A DNA stretch of 64,000 nt from Alphaproteobacteria bacterium (GCA_965248835.1 CBDFLJ010000002.1:32001-96000), one strand, 5' to 3'; numbered from the stretch's first letter, positions 10,134 through 20,367 are shown. A program made the numbers and translations. Notes: a model not told the origin generated them from the sequence alone.

Positions 10134-10994
10134 TCAGGACATCAGCTCGCGGATATAGCCGGGCAGGGCGAAAGAGGCCGCGTGGATATCCGGGTTGTAG
10201 TAGCGCGTGGCGAGTCCGGCGGCGGCGAAGCGGCGTTCGATCTCCTCCCTCGCGGTGCGGCGCGGCTCGCGGCTGCGGCTGCCCCAGCCCAACGTCATGA
10301 ACCCCGCGCCATAGGTCGGCACCTGGGTCAAATAGAGCCAGGCATCGGCGAACAGCGGCGTCATCCGCGCGTGGGTGTCGCGCGCTTCGTGCTCCTGCAT
10401 GAAGGTCACGCCTGACTGGGTGACCAGGATGCCGCGCTCGCTCAGCCGCGATGCGCAATCGGCGTAAAACGGCGCCTCGAACAGCGCGACCGACGGGCCG
10501 ATCGGGTCGGTCGAATCGACGATGATAACGTCGAAGGTCTCATCGGTCGATTTCATGAACGCGGTTCCATCGGCGTAGACGACCTCCGCACGCGGGTCCT
10601 CGAACGCCTTGCCGCAGATCGAGGGCAGGAAGCGCTTGGACAGCTCGACCACGCCGGGATCGATCTCGACCATCACCGCGCGCTCGACATCGTGCTTGAG
10701 CACCTCCTCGAGCGCGCCGCCGTCGCCGCCGCCGATAATCGCCACCCGCTTCACCCGTCCGTGGGCCAGAATCGGCACATGCGCCAGCATCTCGTGATAG
10801 GCGAACTCGTCGCCTTCCGTGGTCTGGACGATGCCGTCGAGCGCGAGCACCCGGCCGAAGCGCGGGTTCTCGAAGATCACCAGGTCCTGGAATTCGGTCG
10901 TCTCGCGGTGGATGATCGCGGTGATGCGCAGCCGCTGCTGATACTCGTTGTACAAGGACTCGACAAACCAGCCCTCGTCGGTCTGTCGGCTCAT
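10134..10994 (-). CDS. speE: Spermidine synthase (polyamine aminopropyltransferase)
   Basis: LDGIVQTTEGDEFAYHEML, IIGGGDGG, VEIDP and DSTDP. Confidence 0.95.
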   Translation of the reverse strand: MSRQTDEGWFVESLYNEYQQRLRITAIIHRETTEFQDLVIFENPRFGRVLALDGIVQTTEGDEFAYHEMLAHVPILAHGRVKRVAIIGGGDGGALEEVLKHDVERAVMVEIDPGVVELSKRFLPSICGKAFEDPRAEVVYADGTAFMKSTDETFDVIIVDSTDPIGPSVALFEAPFYADCASRLSERGILVTQSGVTFMQEHEARDTHARMTPLFADAWLYLTQVPTYGAGFMTLGWGSRSREPRRTAREEIERRFAAAGLATRYYNPDIHAASFALPGYIRELMS

Positions 10995-11431
10995 TCGAGA
11001 ATCCCGCGCTTTTGCTCGCTGACCTTCTCGCGGCGCGGCAGGAAGGTTCGCCGCAGCACCGGGATCGCGCGGCGCGGATTGCATTCGCCGCACATGAAGA
11101 CGTCGAAGGCCGCGTATCCGATCTCGGGCCAGGTGTGGACGCTGATGTGGGATTCCGCGAGCACCGCGACGCCGGAGACGCCGCCGTTCTCGGAAAATTG
11201 GTGGAGATGGATGTGGAGCAGTCTCGCCTGGCAGGCCGAGACGGCCTCGCGCAGCGCGCGCTCGACGACCGCCGTGTCGTCGAGGGAGGAGGCTTCCCAG
11301 AAGTCGATCAGCAGGTGGGTGCCTGCGTGGACCAGGCCTTCGCTACGGACCAGGTAGTCTTTGGATGAGTTGGTGCTTTTTCCGACGGCAACCGCCGGGT
11401 TATGTGGGGCAAGCGCGGTATTCTTGGCCAT
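10991..11431 (-). CDS. speD: S-adenosylmethionine decarboxylase proenzyme
   Basis: GVSGVAVLAESHISVHTWPE self-cleavage motif; DVFMCG; coupled to speE. Confidence 0.95.
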   Translation of the reverse strand: MAKNTALAPHNPAVAVGKSTNSSKDYLVRSEGLVHAGTHLLIDFWEASSLDDTAVVERALREAVSACQARLLHIHLHQFSENGGVSGVAVLAESHISVHTWPEIGYAAFDVFMCGECNPRRAIPVLRRTFLPRREKVSEQKRGILE

Positions 11432-11748
11432 TCATGGGACCTCCTTACGGCAGTGGGCCGGAAATTGCGGAGCGCGGGTTGTGAACCAGAATCCCAGGCG
11501 ATGCAAGGGAAAAGGCCGATCTCTCGGGCCGCCCGCCGGGTCTCGCCGACGGCCAGATCTTGGACTCAACGGCGTCCTGCTCTTCGATCATCACCCCGAT
11601 TCAGGGACCAAGCCGTCAGGCGCCAAAAGGCCCGTGCGCAAACCCTCGGCGTCGGCTACGGCGAGCAGGCCGAACAGAGGAGCGCGGTCACCTTGTTCAT
11701 GGACATCTGCCGCACGGCCACCCAGGTTCGAGCGGGCAGGGGAGCCGT

Positions 11749-12948
11749 TCACGCCAGCGCGGCGGTCCAGTCCGTGGCTTCCAGGATCTCGCGCACGCGG
11801 CCGAGGAAGCCCGCCGAGTAGGCGCCGTCGATCGCCCGGTGATCGAAGGACTGCGCAAGCACGCCGACCGGGCGGATGGCGATCGCATCGCCCGCCGGCT
11901 GCTCGATGACTACGGGCTTCTTGCGCACGCCGTCGGTCGACAGGATGGCGACCTGCGGCTGGTTGATGATCGGCGCGGTGATCAGGGTGCCGAAGGTGCC
12001 GGAATTCGACAGCGTATAGGTCCCCCCGGACAGCGCGTCGGGAGTAATGGTGCCGGCGCGCGCCCGGGCCGCGACATCGCGGATCGAGCGGGCGAGTGCG
12101 GCCACGTCCAACCCGTCGGCGCCGCGCACCACCGGCGCCATCAGCCCGCCGGGGCCGAGATCGACCGCGATGCCCAGATGGACCCGGCGGTGGACGATCA
12201 GGTTGTCGCCCTCGATCGCCGCATTGACGTGGGGGAAATCGGCGATCGCCTGGCACACCGCGCGGGCGATGAACGGCAGGTAGCTGAGCGCGAAACCCTC
12301 CTTGGCGCGCCAGGCAGCGCCGACGGCGCTGCGCGCCGCATCGACGGCATGGAAATCGACCTCGACGGCCTGCAGGACATGCGGGCTAGTCGCCTTGGAC
12401 CGCACCATGTGTGCGGCGATCTGCTTGCGGATGCGGCTCAACGGCACGGTCTCGGTAGCCGAAGCGGCGGGCCTCGCGCCGATCTGCGCCTCGACATCGC
12501 GCCGGGTGATCCGCTCCTGCCTGCCGGTGCCCGAAAGGGCGGCGATGTTCAGCCCGTGCGTGGCGATCAGGCGGCGGACCGCGGGCGAGAGCGGCCGGCC
12601 GGCCTGATCGCGGCGCGGCACGGACGCGATGGACGGCCTGGTCGCGGCTGCCGCGGCGCCGGCCGCTGCGGTGTGGCGCGCCGCCGGGGCGGGCGGCGCG
12701 CTTTGCGTTACCGCGCCTTCCTCGGCGATCACCCCGAGCTTGGTGCCGACGGCAACCGTTGCGCCCTCGGCGACGATGATCTCCGCCAACACGCCGCCGC
12801 CGGGCGCCGGGACCTCGGCCTCGACCTTGTCGGTCGAGACCTCGAACAGGATCTCGTCGGCCTCGATGCGATCGCCCGGCGCCTTGTGCCAGACCGTGAC
12901 CGTGCCTTCGGAGACGGTCTCGCCGAGCTGCGGCATCAGGATGTCCAT
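11749..12948 (-). CDS. 2-oxoacid dehydrogenase E2 (dihydrolipoamide acyltransferase)
   Basis: Lipoyl domain MPQLGE...TDKV, E3-binding SPAVRR...GRITRRD-like segment, catalytic DHRAIDG. Confidence 0.93.
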   Translation of the reverse strand: MDILMPQLGETVSEGTVTVWHKAPGDRIEADEILFEVSTDKVEAEVPAPGGGVLAEIIVAEGATVAVGTKLGVIAEEGAVTQSAPPAPAARHTAAAGAAAAATRPSIASVPRRDQAGRPLSPAVRRLIATHGLNIAALSGTGRQERITRRDVEAQIGARPAASATETVPLSRIRKQIAAHMVRSKATSPHVLQAVEVDFHAVDAARSAVGAAWRAKEGFALSYLPFIARAVCQAIADFPHVNAAIEGDNLIVHRRVHLGIAVDLGPGGLMAPVVRGADGLDVAALARSIRDVAARARAGTITPDALSGGTYTLSNSGTFGTLITAPIINQPQVAILSTDGVRKKPVVIEQPAGDAIAIRPVGVLAQSFDHRAIDGAYSAGFLGRVREILEATDWTAALA

Positions 12949-12955
12949 TGCCCGT

Positions 12956-13933
12956 TCAGCCCATGTTGGCGCGCACGGTGTCCGCGATCCGCTCGACCGA
13001 AGGCAGCGCCAGGCCTTCGAGGTTCTCGGCCGCGGGCAGCGGGATATGCGGTGTCGTGATGCGCACGATCGGCCCGTCGAGGTCGTAGAAACACTCCTCG
13101 CCTGCGATGGAGGCGATCTCCGCACCCCAGCCGCAGAGCCTCGGGTTCTCCTCGACGGTGAACAGATGACCGGTATCGGCGACCGAGGCGAGGATGGTCC
13201 TTGTGTCGAGCGGCACCAGCGAGCGGACGTCGATGACCCGGGCGGAGATGCCGTCCTCCTCCGCCAGCCGGTCGGCCGCCGCGACCGCCCGCGGCACCAT
13301 GGCGGCAAGCGCGAGGATGGTCGCATCCTCGCCCTCGCGCACCACCTTGGCGGTGCCCAGCGTGTCGACGTGCTCGCCCTCGGGCACTTCGCCCTTGGTG
13401 GCATAGAGGGATTTCTGCTCGAAGAAGATCACCGGGTCCGGATCGCGGATCGAGGCGGCGAGCAGGCCCATCACGTCCGCGGGCGTCGAAGGTGCGACGA
13501 CCTTGAGGCCGGGGATCATCATCGCCCAGTTCTCGATCGACTGGGAATGCTGGGCGCCGAACCCGACCCCGCCGCCGTTCGCGGTGCGGATCACCAGCGG
13601 GAAGGCGACCTGGCCGTTGGTCATGTAGCGCGATTTGGCGATCTCGTTGGCGACGATATCCCAACAGACTGCGAAGAAGTCCGAGAACATGATCTCCGCG
13701 ATCGGCCTGAGCCCGGTCATCGCCGCCCCCATGGCCGCGCCCAGGATCGCCTGCTCGGAGATCGGGGTGTCGCGCACCCGGATCGGCCCGAACTCCTCAA
13801 AGAGCCCGACGCTGGTCTTGAACACGCCGCCGGCCGCGGCCACGTCCTCGCCCAGGAAGACCACGGATGGATCGCGCCTCATCTCCTGGGAGATTGCCGC
13901 CGCCACCGCCTCGCGATAGGTCAGTTCCGCCAT
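12956..13933 (-). CDS. 2-oxoacid/acetoin dehydrogenase E1 beta
   Basis: DTPISE, EIMFSDF and AQHSQ. Confidence 0.93.
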   Translation of the reverse strand: MAELTYREAVAAAISQEMRRDPSVVFLGEDVAAAGGVFKTSVGLFEEFGPIRVRDTPISEQAILGAAMGAAMTGLRPIAEIMFSDFFAVCWDIVANEIAKSRYMTNGQVAFPLVIRTANGGGVGFGAQHSQSIENWAMMIPGLKVVAPSTPADVMGLLAASIRDPDPVIFFEQKSLYATKGEVPEGEHVDTLGTAKVVREGEDATILALAAMVPRAVAAADRLAEEDGISARVIDVRSLVPLDTRTILASVADTGHLFTVEENPRLCGWGAEIASIAGEECFYDLDGPIVRITTPHIPLPAAENLEGLALPSVERIADTVRANMG

Positions 13934-15015
13934 GCCGCGCCTCCGTCGGCGTAGACCTCGGTCTCGAGGATCGAGACCGGTGGGACCGGGGATGCCTTGG
14001 CCGTCTCCGTAGCCGCATCGACGGCGGCCAGGACCTCGGCATCGATGTTCTCGATCACGGCCTCGGCGATCCCGAATTCGATCAGCCGCCGGCGATAGTT
14101 CGGGATCGGATCCCGCTCCAGCCAGGCGGCGACCTCCTCCTCCGGACGGTAGGTGCCGGGGTCGGCCCGCGAATGGCCGCTATGGCGGTAGGTCTTGGCC
14201 TCGATCAGCGAAGGGCCGTCGCCGTCGCGGGCCTTGGCAAACGCCCTCTGTGCGATCCGGTAGACGGCATCGGCGTCGTTGCCGTCGACGATGATCGACT
14301 CCATCCCGTAGGCCGATGCGCGGTCCGCGGCCGGGTGCTCGACCGGGATCACCTCCGCGATCGGGGTGTATTCCATATAGAGGTTGTTCTCGCAGACGAA
14401 GATCACCGGCAGCTTCCAGATCTGCGCCATGTTGAGCGCCTCGTGGAAAGCGCCGATATTGGTGGTGCCGTCGCCGAAGAAGCAGACCGAGACCTGATCG
14501 GTGCCGCGGTACTGGGCCGACCACGCCGCCCCCATGGCGATGGGCAGGTGCGCGCCGATGATCGCGTACGAGCCCATCGCGCCGTGCTCGACGCTGGTCA
14601 GGTGCATCGAGCCGCCCTTCCCATTCAGGAGGCCGCAGTCGCGGCCCATCAGCTCGCCCAGGACCCCGGCCATCGACGCGCCGCGAGCCAACGTGTGGGC
14701 ATGGCCGCGATAGGTGCAGAAGGTGTAGTCGCCGTCCTTCATCGCGACAGCGAAGCCGGCCGCGATCGCCTCCTGGCCAAGCGAGAGATGGACCGTGCCC
14801 CGCACCAGGTTCTGCAGGAACAGGTCGTGGACGCGCTTTTCCAGATGGCGGATCTCGATCTGGGACCGCCAGAGCTTGAGCCGGTTGTCCTCGCCGATAT
14901 CATCGTTGGCGAGCGGATCTCGCGGCTTGCGCGCGGGCCGGGCGGATCTGCCTGCCGCGGCCCCCTTCGCCGCCCCCTTGGCCGCCCGCGGCGTCTTCCT
15001 GGTCGCCTTGGCCAT
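13921..15015 (-). CDS. 2-oxoacid/acetoin dehydrogenase E1 alpha (ThDP)
   Basis: TYRGH, GKGGSMH, GDG...ENN and YRHSGHS. Confidence 0.93.
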   Translation of the reverse strand: MAKATRKTPRAAKGAAKGAAAGRSARPARKPRDPLANDDIGEDNRLKLWRSQIEIRHLEKRVHDLFLQNLVRGTVHLSLGQEAIAAGFAVAMKDGDYTFCTYRGHAHTLARGASMAGVLGELMGRDCGLLNGKGGSMHLTSVEHGAMGSYAIIGAHLPIAMGAAWSAQYRGTDQVSVCFFGDGTTNIGAFHEALNMAQIWKLPVIFVCENNLYMEYTPIAEVIPVEHPAADRASAYGMESIIVDGNDADAVYRIAQRAFAKARDGDGPSLIEAKTYRHSGHSRADPGTYRPEEEVAAWLERDPIPNYRRRLIEFGIAEAVIENIDAEVLAAVDAATETAKASPVPPVSILETEVYADGGAAWRN

Positions 15016-15030
15016 GTCTTCCTCCCCGCC

Positions 15031-16308
15031 TCAGTACTTGGCCGAGATCGGCATCTCTTCGGCCGGGTAGAGGCTGATCAGCTTGGGTCCCTTGTCGGTC
15101 ACCACGACTTCCTCCTCGATGCGGGCGGCCGAATAGCCGTCCTTGGCCGGGCAGTACGTCTCCAGCGCGAACACCATGCCTTCCTTGATCTCCTTGGGAT
15201 CTTCCATGGAGACCAGGCGGCTGATGATCGGCCGCTCGTGGATCGAAACCCCCAACCCGTGGCCGAACTGCAGCCCGAAGGCTTCCATCTCGCCGGCGAA
15301 GCCGAACTCTTCGGCGTGCGGCCAGACCTGGGCGATTTCGTCGGTGGACACGCCCGGCCGAACCCGCTCGATCGCCGCGTCGAGCCATTCGCGGCATTGC
15401 TTGTAGGCGTCCTCCTGGACCGGGGTCGCGCGCCCGACATTGAACGTGCGGTAATAGCAGGTGCGGTAGCCCATGTAGGAATGCAGGACATCGAAGAACG
15501 CCTGATCGCCCGGCCGCACCATCCGGTCGGTGAAGTTGTGCGGATGCGGGTTGCAGCGCTCGCCGGAGATCGCGTTGATCGCCTCGACATCGTCGGAGCC
15601 CATCTCGTAGAGCAGTTTGTTGGCGCGCGCGACGATGTCGTTCTCGCGCACGCCGGGCTTAAGTTCCTCGCCGATCATGTGATAGACCGCATCCACCATG
15701 CCCGCAGCCTGGTTCAGGAGCACGATCTCGTCGATGTTCTTGACCTCGCGGGCATCGAGCATGACCTGCTGGCCGTCGCGCACCTCGATATTGCGCTTCT
15801 GCAATTCGAACAGCATCGGCGGCTCGCAGACATCGACTCCGATCGGCTGGTCGCCGACCCCGGCATCGTCCAGCATGGCCTTGATCTGCTCGGCGGCCCT
15901 GGTCATCAGCCCGGCGGCCGGCGGCACGGTCCCGCGCAGGCCGAGCATGCCGGCGTGGATGTGGTCGTCGGCAAGCCACGGCGCGTTGATCCGGTGATGG
16001 GTCGCGGCCGAGCCGAAGTCCCAGACATGGGGCTCCTGGCCGCGCATCAGCAGCGCATAGCGCGACAGCTTGTCCCTCGACCACTCGCCGATCGCCGTCC
16101 CGGTCAGATACCGGATATTGTTGTTGTCAAAGCACAGCAGCGCGCCGAGATCGGAGTTCCCCAACGCCTGCCTGGCGCGCTCCAGCCGGTAAGTGCGCAG
16201 CCGGTCGAAATTGACCCGTTCCTCGGTGTCGACGCCGTTATGTCCGGGCGCCGGGATGGCCCGGTTCCAGTTGTATCCCGGGTCGAGGCTCTTCGGATCG
16301 GCAACCAT
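15031..16308 (-). CDS. M24 family (Xaa-Pro peptidase/creatinase-like) hydrolase
   Basis: Creatinase-N domain NIRYLTG; GHGLG..IHE, ALET and RIEE. Confidence 0.88.
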   Translation of the reverse strand: MVADPKSLDPGYNWNRAIPAPGHNGVDTEERVNFDRLRTYRLERARQALGNSDLGALLCFDNNNIRYLTGTAIGEWSRDKLSRYALLMRGQEPHVWDFGSAATHHRINAPWLADDHIHAGMLGLRGTVPPAAGLMTRAAEQIKAMLDDAGVGDQPIGVDVCEPPMLFELQKRNIEVRDGQQVMLDAREVKNIDEIVLLNQAAGMVDAVYHMIGEELKPGVRENDIVARANKLLYEMGSDDVEAINAISGERCNPHPHNFTDRMVRPGDQAFFDVLHSYMGYRTCYYRTFNVGRATPVQEDAYKQCREWLDAAIERVRPGVSTDEIAQVWPHAEEFGFAGEMEAFGLQFGHGLGVSIHERPIISRLVSMEDPKEIKEGMVFALETYCPAKDGYSAARIEEEVVVTDKGPKLISLYPAEEMPISAKY

Positions 16309-16337
16309 GGCTGCTCCTTTCCAGGTCGTCCTTACTC

Positions 16338-17219
16338 TCATTCAAGCCCGCTTGCGCGTGCCTGTTCAAGGGCGACGACCGCCCAGTCGCGCTCGCCGTC
16401 GCCGTGCGCGATCGCGCCAAGCAGCCGGTCGCGCCAGACATTGGCCGAGGGCAGCGGCATGTTGACCGCCTCGGCCGCGGTCAGCGCGAGGTTGGCGTCC
16501 TTGAGGCCGAGCACCGCGGTGATCCCGACCCGGTCGTAGTCCTGCTTGGCGATGATGTCGCCGTAGATCTTGTAAGCGGGCGAGGCGAACAGCGCATCGG
16601 TCATCACCTCGTAGAGCACGGCGGGGTCGACGCCGTAGCGCCGGATCAGGGCGAAGGCCTCGCCCATGACCTCGATCGCGCAGCCCAGCACGAAATTGTT
16701 GGCGACCTTGATCGCCGCCGCGGCCTCGGCCGCATCGCCGGCCGGAAAGGACTTGCGGCCGATGACGTCGAACAGCGGCTGGCAGCGCGCCAGAGCATCG
16801 GCCGGGCCGCCGATGACGATGCCCAACTGGCCGGCGGCGGCGACATCGGGGCGGCCCAGCACCGGGGCGGCGACGAAAGTCTGGCCCGCCTCGGCATGGG
16901 ACGCCGCAAGCGCGCGGCAAATGTCGACGCCGTGGGTGCCCATGCCGGCATGGATCGCGCCGGGGGGCATCGAGGCGATGATGCCTTCGGGCGCATGCGC
17001 CAGCGCCTCCAGAGCGCCATCGGTGCCGAGCATGGTGATCACCACCTCGGCGTCGACGACCGCCTCGGCGATGGAACCGGCGATCCGCGCGCCGTTCTCG
17101 GCAAGGTCAGCGGCCTTGCCCGGCGTCCGGTTGTAGCCGGTCAGCTCATGGCCCGCGCCCAGCACGCGCGCGGCCATGCCCTGGCCCATCCGGCCCAGTC
17201 CGATGAACCCAACCTTCAT
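16338..17219 (-). CDS. Beta-hydroxyacid dehydrogenase family NAD(P)-dependent oxidoreductase
   Basis: GFIGLGRMG, APVLG, KVANN and KDANLA. Confidence 0.9.
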   Translation of the reverse strand: MKVGFIGLGRMGQGMAARVLGAGHELTGYNRTPGKAADLAENGARIAGSIAEAVVDAEVVITMLGTDGALEALAHAPEGIIASMPPGAIHAGMGTHGVDICRALAASHAEAGQTFVAAPVLGRPDVAAAGQLGIVIGGPADALARCQPLFDVIGRKSFPAGDAAEAAAAIKVANNFVLGCAIEVMGEAFALIRRYGVDPAVLYEVMTDALFASPAYKIYGDIIAKQDYDRVGITAVLGLKDANLALTAAEAVNMPLPSANVWRDRLLGAIAHGDGERDWAVVALEQARASGLE

Positions 17220-17254
17220 CCCATCTCCCCGCCGGGCTTGTATCGGCCGCCGGC

Positions 17255-18451
17255 TCAGACGAGCTCTGCCTTCACCCATTCGAGCTCGCGCACAACGTAG
17301 TCCGTGATATCGCCGGTCTTCAAGCGGTCCGGCAGGACGTCCCAGGTATAGGTCTCGATCTCGAGCTGGTCGGAGACCGGGTGTGCCTTGTGAAACGCAA
17401 GCGCATCCTCGATCGCAAACCGCGTGGTCTTGAACGCCCCCAGATCGTCGAGGAAGACCGGGACGTGGAAATGGGTGCGCCATTCGCGCGGTCCCGGATC
17501 GGCTTCGAAGGCGGCGAAGGCATCCTCGAGGTTGAGGTAGCGCGTAAGCCGGCCCTGGCGCATCTCGACCGTCTGGGTGAGATAGACCGTATCGGCAAAC
17601 GGCCGAAGCTTTTCGACGACGTCCCGGTTGACCTCGGGCATGCGCAGCGCGGCTGCTTCCTGGAGCTTGAACACAGGCACGCCGGCATCGACCAGCGCCC
17701 GCAGCGAGGCCGCGATGTCCTCGAACTCGACCGCCTGGTGGCAGATGTCGAAAACGATCCCGAGATGGCGGTGAAGGGCGGCCTCGGCCGCGGACCCTGA
17801 AAGCCCGGTCGATTTTGCGATGCTCTGCACCGCGGCAGGCGCGTAGAGCCGGTCCTTGAAGCAGGCGATGGTTTCCTCGGTGGTCTCCAGGAAGCAGTGC
17901 GGCTCCGGCTCGAGCCCGAGCCGGACCGTCTGCCCGGTCCGCGCCGCCAGGTCGATCAGATGGGCGACCACGCGCAGGGTTTGGCGGGTGTAGTCGTCGA
18001 CCACGTCGGGGCCGGTGACCCGCGGCTTGAAGCCCAGCGGGGCGCTCTGGATCGACGGCGCTACGAAGTCCGGCGAGACCTCGGCGAGAATGTCGGCCAC
18101 CGCCATGGTGTATTCGGCCCGCGTGTCGGTCCGCCAATCAGGCTCGTAGACCTGCTCCTTGACCCGCTGGTTCTTGAACGGGCCGTGCGGGAAGGCGTTG
18201 ACGGTATAGAGGTACATGTCGTTGTCGGCCAGAAACGCCTTGAGCCGGGCGCGTTCGTCCGGATCGCCGGCGAGCCGGCCGGCGGATGCGCCCGACAGCC
18301 TGAGCGAGACCCCGAACGGCACGTCGGGCGCGAACCGCGCCTTCACGGCCGGGACATAGGTCGTCAGGCTTCGCCACATCTCCTCCCAGGTGTCGCCCGG
18401 GTGGATCAGCGTAGAATAGGTGAGGTGGCCGATGCCGTTGCCGAGTTCCAT
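17255..18451 (-). CDS. eboE: EboE-like xylose-isomerase TIM barrel protein
   Basis: NAFPHG..K..VKEQVYEPDW, LEPEP, DICHQAVEFE, EWRTHFHVP and EIETYTW. Confidence 0.85.
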   Translation of the reverse strand: MELGNGIGHLTYSTLIHPGDTWEEMWRSLTTYVPAVKARFAPDVPFGVSLRLSGASAGRLAGDPDERARLKAFLADNDMYLYTVNAFPHGPFKNQRVKEQVYEPDWRTDTRAEYTMAVADILAEVSPDFVAPSIQSAPLGFKPRVTGPDVVDDYTRQTLRVVAHLIDLAARTGQTVRLGLEPEPHCFLETTEETIACFKDRLYAPAAVQSIAKSTGLSGSAAEAALHRHLGIVFDICHQAVEFEDIAASLRALVDAGVPVFKLQEAAALRMPEVNRDVVEKLRPFADTVYLTQTVEMRQGRLTRYLNLEDAFAAFEADPGPREWRTHFHVPVFLDDLGAFKTTRFAIEDALAFHKAHPVSDQLEIETYTWDVLPDRLKTGDITDYVVRELEWVKAELV

Positions 18452-18455
18452 CGTC

Positions 18456-19481
18456 TCAGCCCACCTTTTCCAGTCGGCCGGAACCGGCCGAGCGCACGAT
18501 CGCCTCGGTGACCGCCGCGCCGTGGATCATTTCCTCCAGCGGGATCGGATAGGCCGGCCCGCCCTCGGCCGCGGCCGCGAAGGAGTCCAGCGCCGCGCGG
18601 CTGACGTCATAGGCTTCCACCGTGCGCGGCTGCTGGGCGCCCTTCGCCGGCTGGAAGATGCAGGAAGCGAACAGCCGGCTGCGCCGTTCGAGCGAAGAAG
18701 CGCCGGCGACATGGGACATCCCGTCGAGCCGCACCCAGCCCTCGGAGCCGAATACCTGGTAGCGATAGCTGCCGCCGGTTGCAGTCATCGTGCCGAGATA
18801 GGCGGAGCCGCCCTGCTTCATCCGCAAGATCACGGCCGTCGTATCGTCGGCATCGATCGAGACCGCCCTGCGGGTCGAAACGCAGAAGACCTCCTCGACC
18901 GGGCCGCACATGTCGATCAGCGAATCGATGATGTGGACTCCCATCGGCATCAGCCCGCCGCACGGCGTCTCCGTACGGTCCGCGCGCCAGTGATCGGGCG
19001 ACAGGGAAAGCGCGTTGGGGAAGGTCATCGTCCCCTCGACATGAAGGATCGTGCCCAGCGCACCCGAGGTGACCTGCTCGCGCATCGCCTGCATGGTCGG
19101 GTGAAAGCGCCGGTTGTAGCCCAGGCCGAGCGTTACGCCGGCCTTCCGGGTCGCGGCTACCGCGGCCTCCGCATCGGCCTTGGTCAGCGTGAACGGCTTC
19201 TCGCAGAAGACATGCTTGCCCGCCTCGGCCGCCGCGGCGACCTGCTGGGCGTGCATCGAATGGGGCGTCGCCAGCACCACCGCATCGACATCCGGATTGC
19301 CCAGCACCGCTTCCAGGCTGTCCTGGAGGGCGAAATCCTGATCCTTGGCGAACGCCGTAACCTCCTCGGTCCGGGTGCGCGTCGCACCGGCGGTAAACCG
19401 GATCACCTCGCTTTCACCCTGGACCGATTCCACCAGTGTGCGTCCCCACCAGCCCAGACCGATGATCGCTGCCCGAATCAT
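18456..19481 (-). CDS. Gfo/Idh/MocA family oxidoreductase
   Basis: IIGLGWWG, GKHVFCEKP, GYNRRF and GVHIID. Confidence 0.92.
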   Translation of the reverse strand: MIRAAIIGLGWWGRTLVESVQGESEVIRFTAGATRTRTEEVTAFAKDQDFALQDSLEAVLGNPDVDAVVLATPHSMHAQQVAAAAEAGKHVFCEKPFTLTKADAEAAVAATRKAGVTLGLGYNRRFHPTMQAMREQVTSGALGTILHVEGTMTFPNALSLSPDHWRADRTETPCGGLMPMGVHIIDSLIDMCGPVEEVFCVSTRRAVSIDADDTTAVILRMKQGGSAYLGTMTATGGSYRYQVFGSEGWVRLDGMSHVAGASSLERRSRLFASCIFQPAKGAQQPRTVEAYDVSRAALDSFAAAAEGGPAYPIPLEEMIHGAAVTEAIVRSAGSGRLEKVG

Positions 19482-19644
19482 GGGATCCTCCCTTCTCGAC
19501 CGGCCTCGCCGGTAAGAAAATGGAAACCGCTGCCTGGGTCAATTGAATTTCGATAATTCTTCTCGTTGGTCGAAAATATATGATATTTGGTTCGATAGAA
19601 CCTGTCCCCACGCGGCGAATCGGGTGGTTATCGAGACTCGATCA

Positions 19645-20367
19645 ATGACAAATGATCCTAAACACACCGCAGAGATCGTCTGTCTGGTCGACGGCGTCGG
19701 CACGCTGGCGACGGCGGTCTGCGAGCGGTTGCGCGGCGACATCATGACCGGCGTGCTGGTGCCGGGCGAGAAGCTGCGCGTGGAGTTTCTGCGGGCGCGC
19801 TACGGCGCGGGGGTAAGCCCGGTGCGCGAGGCGCTGAACCGGCTGTCCGCGGAAGGGCTGGTGATCCAACAGGACCAGAAGGGGTTCCATGTCGCAGGCA
19901 TCAGCCGGCATGACCTGTCGGAGTTGATCACCACGCGCTGCTGGGTCGAGGAGACCGCGCTGCGCAAGTCGATCGAGGCGGCCGATCCGGATTGGGAGGA
20001 AAACGTCGTCCTGGCTCACCACCGGCTGTCGCGCACGCCGCGTTCGGCAAGCGAGGAGCGCTACCAGGGCAATCCGGCCTGGGAACGGCTTCACCGGGCC
20101 TTTCATCGGGCGCTGATCGGCGGCTGCGGCTCGCACCTGCTGCTGGATTTCTGCGAGCAGCTTATGGACCGCGCCGACCGCTACCGGCAACTCGCGATCC
20201 GCATCGATCAACCCAACCGTCAGGAGCCGGCGGAGCACCGCACGATCATGGAGGCGGCGATCGCCGGCGATGCCGACGCCGCGGTCGAAGCTCTGACGGC
20301 GCACTACCAATGGACCCGCGCGATCCTGATCGAGACGATCCCCGCCTTCGTCACCGCCGAGGACTGA
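19645..20367 (+). CDS. GntR/FCD family transcriptional regulator
   Basis: SPVREAL wHTH; HRAFH...EH...H FCD histidines. Confidence 0.92.
   Translation: MTNDPKHTAEIVCLVDGVGTLATAVCERLRGDIMTGVLVPGEKLRVEFLRARYGAGVSPVREALNRLSAEGLVIQQDQKGFHVAGISRHDLSELITTRCWVEETALRKSIEAADPDWEENVVLAHHRLSRTPRSASEERYQGNPAWERLHRAFHRALIGGCGSHLLLDFCEQLMDRADRYRQLAIRIDQPNRQEPAEHRTIMEAAIAGDADAAVEALTAHYQWTRAILIETIPAFVTAED

Noticed and set aside
13867-16539. Long antisense ORFs (also 4018-5982, 31754-33586, 44467-46716, 57977-60040)
   Set aside because: Shadow frames opposite well-supported genes, with no motifs
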